Source: Chthoniobacterales bacterium (lineage in GTDB: Bacteria; Verrucomicrobiota; Verrucomicrobiia; Chthoniobacterales; Chthoniobacteraceae). From it: 64,000 nt of DNA. Below, piece by piece: positions 63,032-64,000 of the stretch. The translations under genes were made by a program, and so were the position numbers. Where the stretch lies: assembly GCA_038207335.1 (NCBI GenBank), contig JBBQZX010000007.1, positions 128,001 to 192,000 of the forward strand, read 5' to 3'. Under the pieces are notes generated by a model that saw only the letters and a list, made by a program, of their open reading frames with translations, did not search any database and had not been told where the DNA came from. Within the stretch, counting starts at the first letter, position 1, and every line of letters begins with the position of its first letter.

Positions 63032-64000
63032 ATGAACTGCTTGCGACTCCCCGCCTTGATCTGTTTCGCAGCGCTTATGTTTCCCGCCAGCCGCGCGCTG
63101 GCGCTCGACGCGAATGGCAACGGTCTCAACGACGTTTGGGAGCTCATCTTCAATGCGGGTGCGCTTTCCGCCAATGGCGATGCTGATGGCGACGGTGCGA
63201 CCAATGCCGCGGAGAGTCTCGCCGGGACGAACCCTTTCGACGCGACTTCGCGACCGCTGCTGCGCGTAGCTCCGTGGTCGGCGGCGCAGTTGCAGCTCAG
63301 CTATGACAGCGTCGCGGGGAAGCGGTATCGGGTCGAGGCGAAGACCGATCTCACTCTGCCGCAGTGGACGCCGGAATTTGTGAAAGTCGCGCCGGGTTCC
63401 GAAAATGTGAGCCTGCTTTTTGCGGCGGCGGGCGGCGCAAAATTTTGGCGACTGGCGATCGACGATGTGGACAGCGACGGCGACGGCCTGCTCGATGCGG
63501 AGGAGCGCTGGCTCGCTCTGGACCCGGCGACGCCGCGCACCGACCGCAGCGACTCGACCGATCTCGCCCGCGTGACCGCAGGGCTCAACGCTGCCAGCAC
63601 CGTGACGCTCGGCGTGCTCGATCCACGCATGAGCGAGCGCTGGCCCGACCCGGCGATGCTCGTGGTGCGACGCAGCGGGGGACTGAAGCCGCTCACGGTG
63701 AATGTGACTTTCGCCGGCACGGCGACGCGCGGAATCGACTACGCCGCGAGCATTCCCGGAAGCGCGGTTTTCATCCCAGCCGGAGTGCGTGAGGTGCCGC
63801 TCCTGCTCGCACCGATCGCCGATACGGACGACGCCGAGCCTGCGGAAACCATCATCGTTTCACTTCAAAATGGCGCGGGCTATACGCTCGGCGCGACGAC
63901 TTCGGGAACCGTGACGTTGGAGAATGAAACGGCCACGAGCCCGCCGTCTGCCAAAGCGGCGGCGCGGTTTCTCATCCAGGCGGCGTTCGGGCCGGATCAA
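63032..64000 (+). CDS. DUF1800-family secreted protein with Ca-binding repeats and Calx-beta-like domain (runs off the window)
   Basis: Hand translation from ATG 63032: signal peptide, DANGNGLNDVWE, DADGDG..E..AGTNP, DSDGDG, GTATRGIDY..EPAETIIVSL, then AARFLIQAAFGP. Open to the window end; not in the ORF track. Confidence 0.8.
   Translation, partial: MNCLRLPALICFAALMFPASRALALDANGNGLNDVWELIFNAGALSANGDADGDGATNAAESLAGTNPFDATSRPLLRVAPWSAAQLQLSYDSVAGKRYRVEAKTDLTLPQWTPEFVKVAPGSENVSLLFAAAGGAKFWRLAIDDVDSDGDGLLDAEERWLALDPATPRTDRSDSTDLARVTAGLNAASTVTLGVLDPRMSERWPDPAMLVVRRSGGLKPLTVNVTFAGTATRGIDYAASIPGSAVFIPAGVREVPLLLAPIADTDDAEPAETIIVSLQNGAGYTLGATTSGTVTLENETATSPPSAKAAARFLIQAAFGPDQ

Noticed and set aside
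1..64000. CRISPR array, tRNA/rRNA, transposase, integrase, reverse transcriptase or prophage genes
   Set aside because: None seen on reading the intergenic gaps and translations; repeats found are short heptamer/octamer or palindromic elements only.

Overview
GC-rich, gene-dense bacterial chromosomal window, very probably from Verrucomicrobiota/PVC. The evidence is a PVC-type CxxCH dehydrogenase, a PEP-CTERM protein, a long-form IspG, a DUF1800 protein and heptamer/octamer intergenic repeats. From left to right it holds: a six-gene sugar/amino-sugar catabolic operon (443-8825); envelope and secreted proteins (transglutaminase-like, PEP-CTERM lectin, L,D-transpeptidase, tricorn protease, C39-like peptidase); two convergent hybrid histidine kinases; aguA/aguB; two divergent cyclophilins with a MenA1/MenT1-like antitoxin-nucleotidyltransferase pair between them; a housekeeping block (ygfA, apaG, thiD, cdsA-dxr-rseP-ispG); and a roughly 20 kb surface-glycan region. 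The most notable part is the + strand cluster at 48289-59878: cysC, wzm, wzt with a C-terminal domain, two different sulfotransferases, an LpxD-like/unknown/FabH/ACP cassette, an acyltransferase-3, a GT2 and a DesI/VioA-like aminotransferase. It predicts an ABC-exported glycan that is both sulfated and N-acylated. A decayed zone at about 46.9-48.2 kb holds an FN3-like gene with a broken 5' end and a fragment of a second nucleotidyltransferase. I saw no rRNA, tRNA, CRISPR array, transposase or integrase. All family calls come from motif recognition by eye; no database searches were run.
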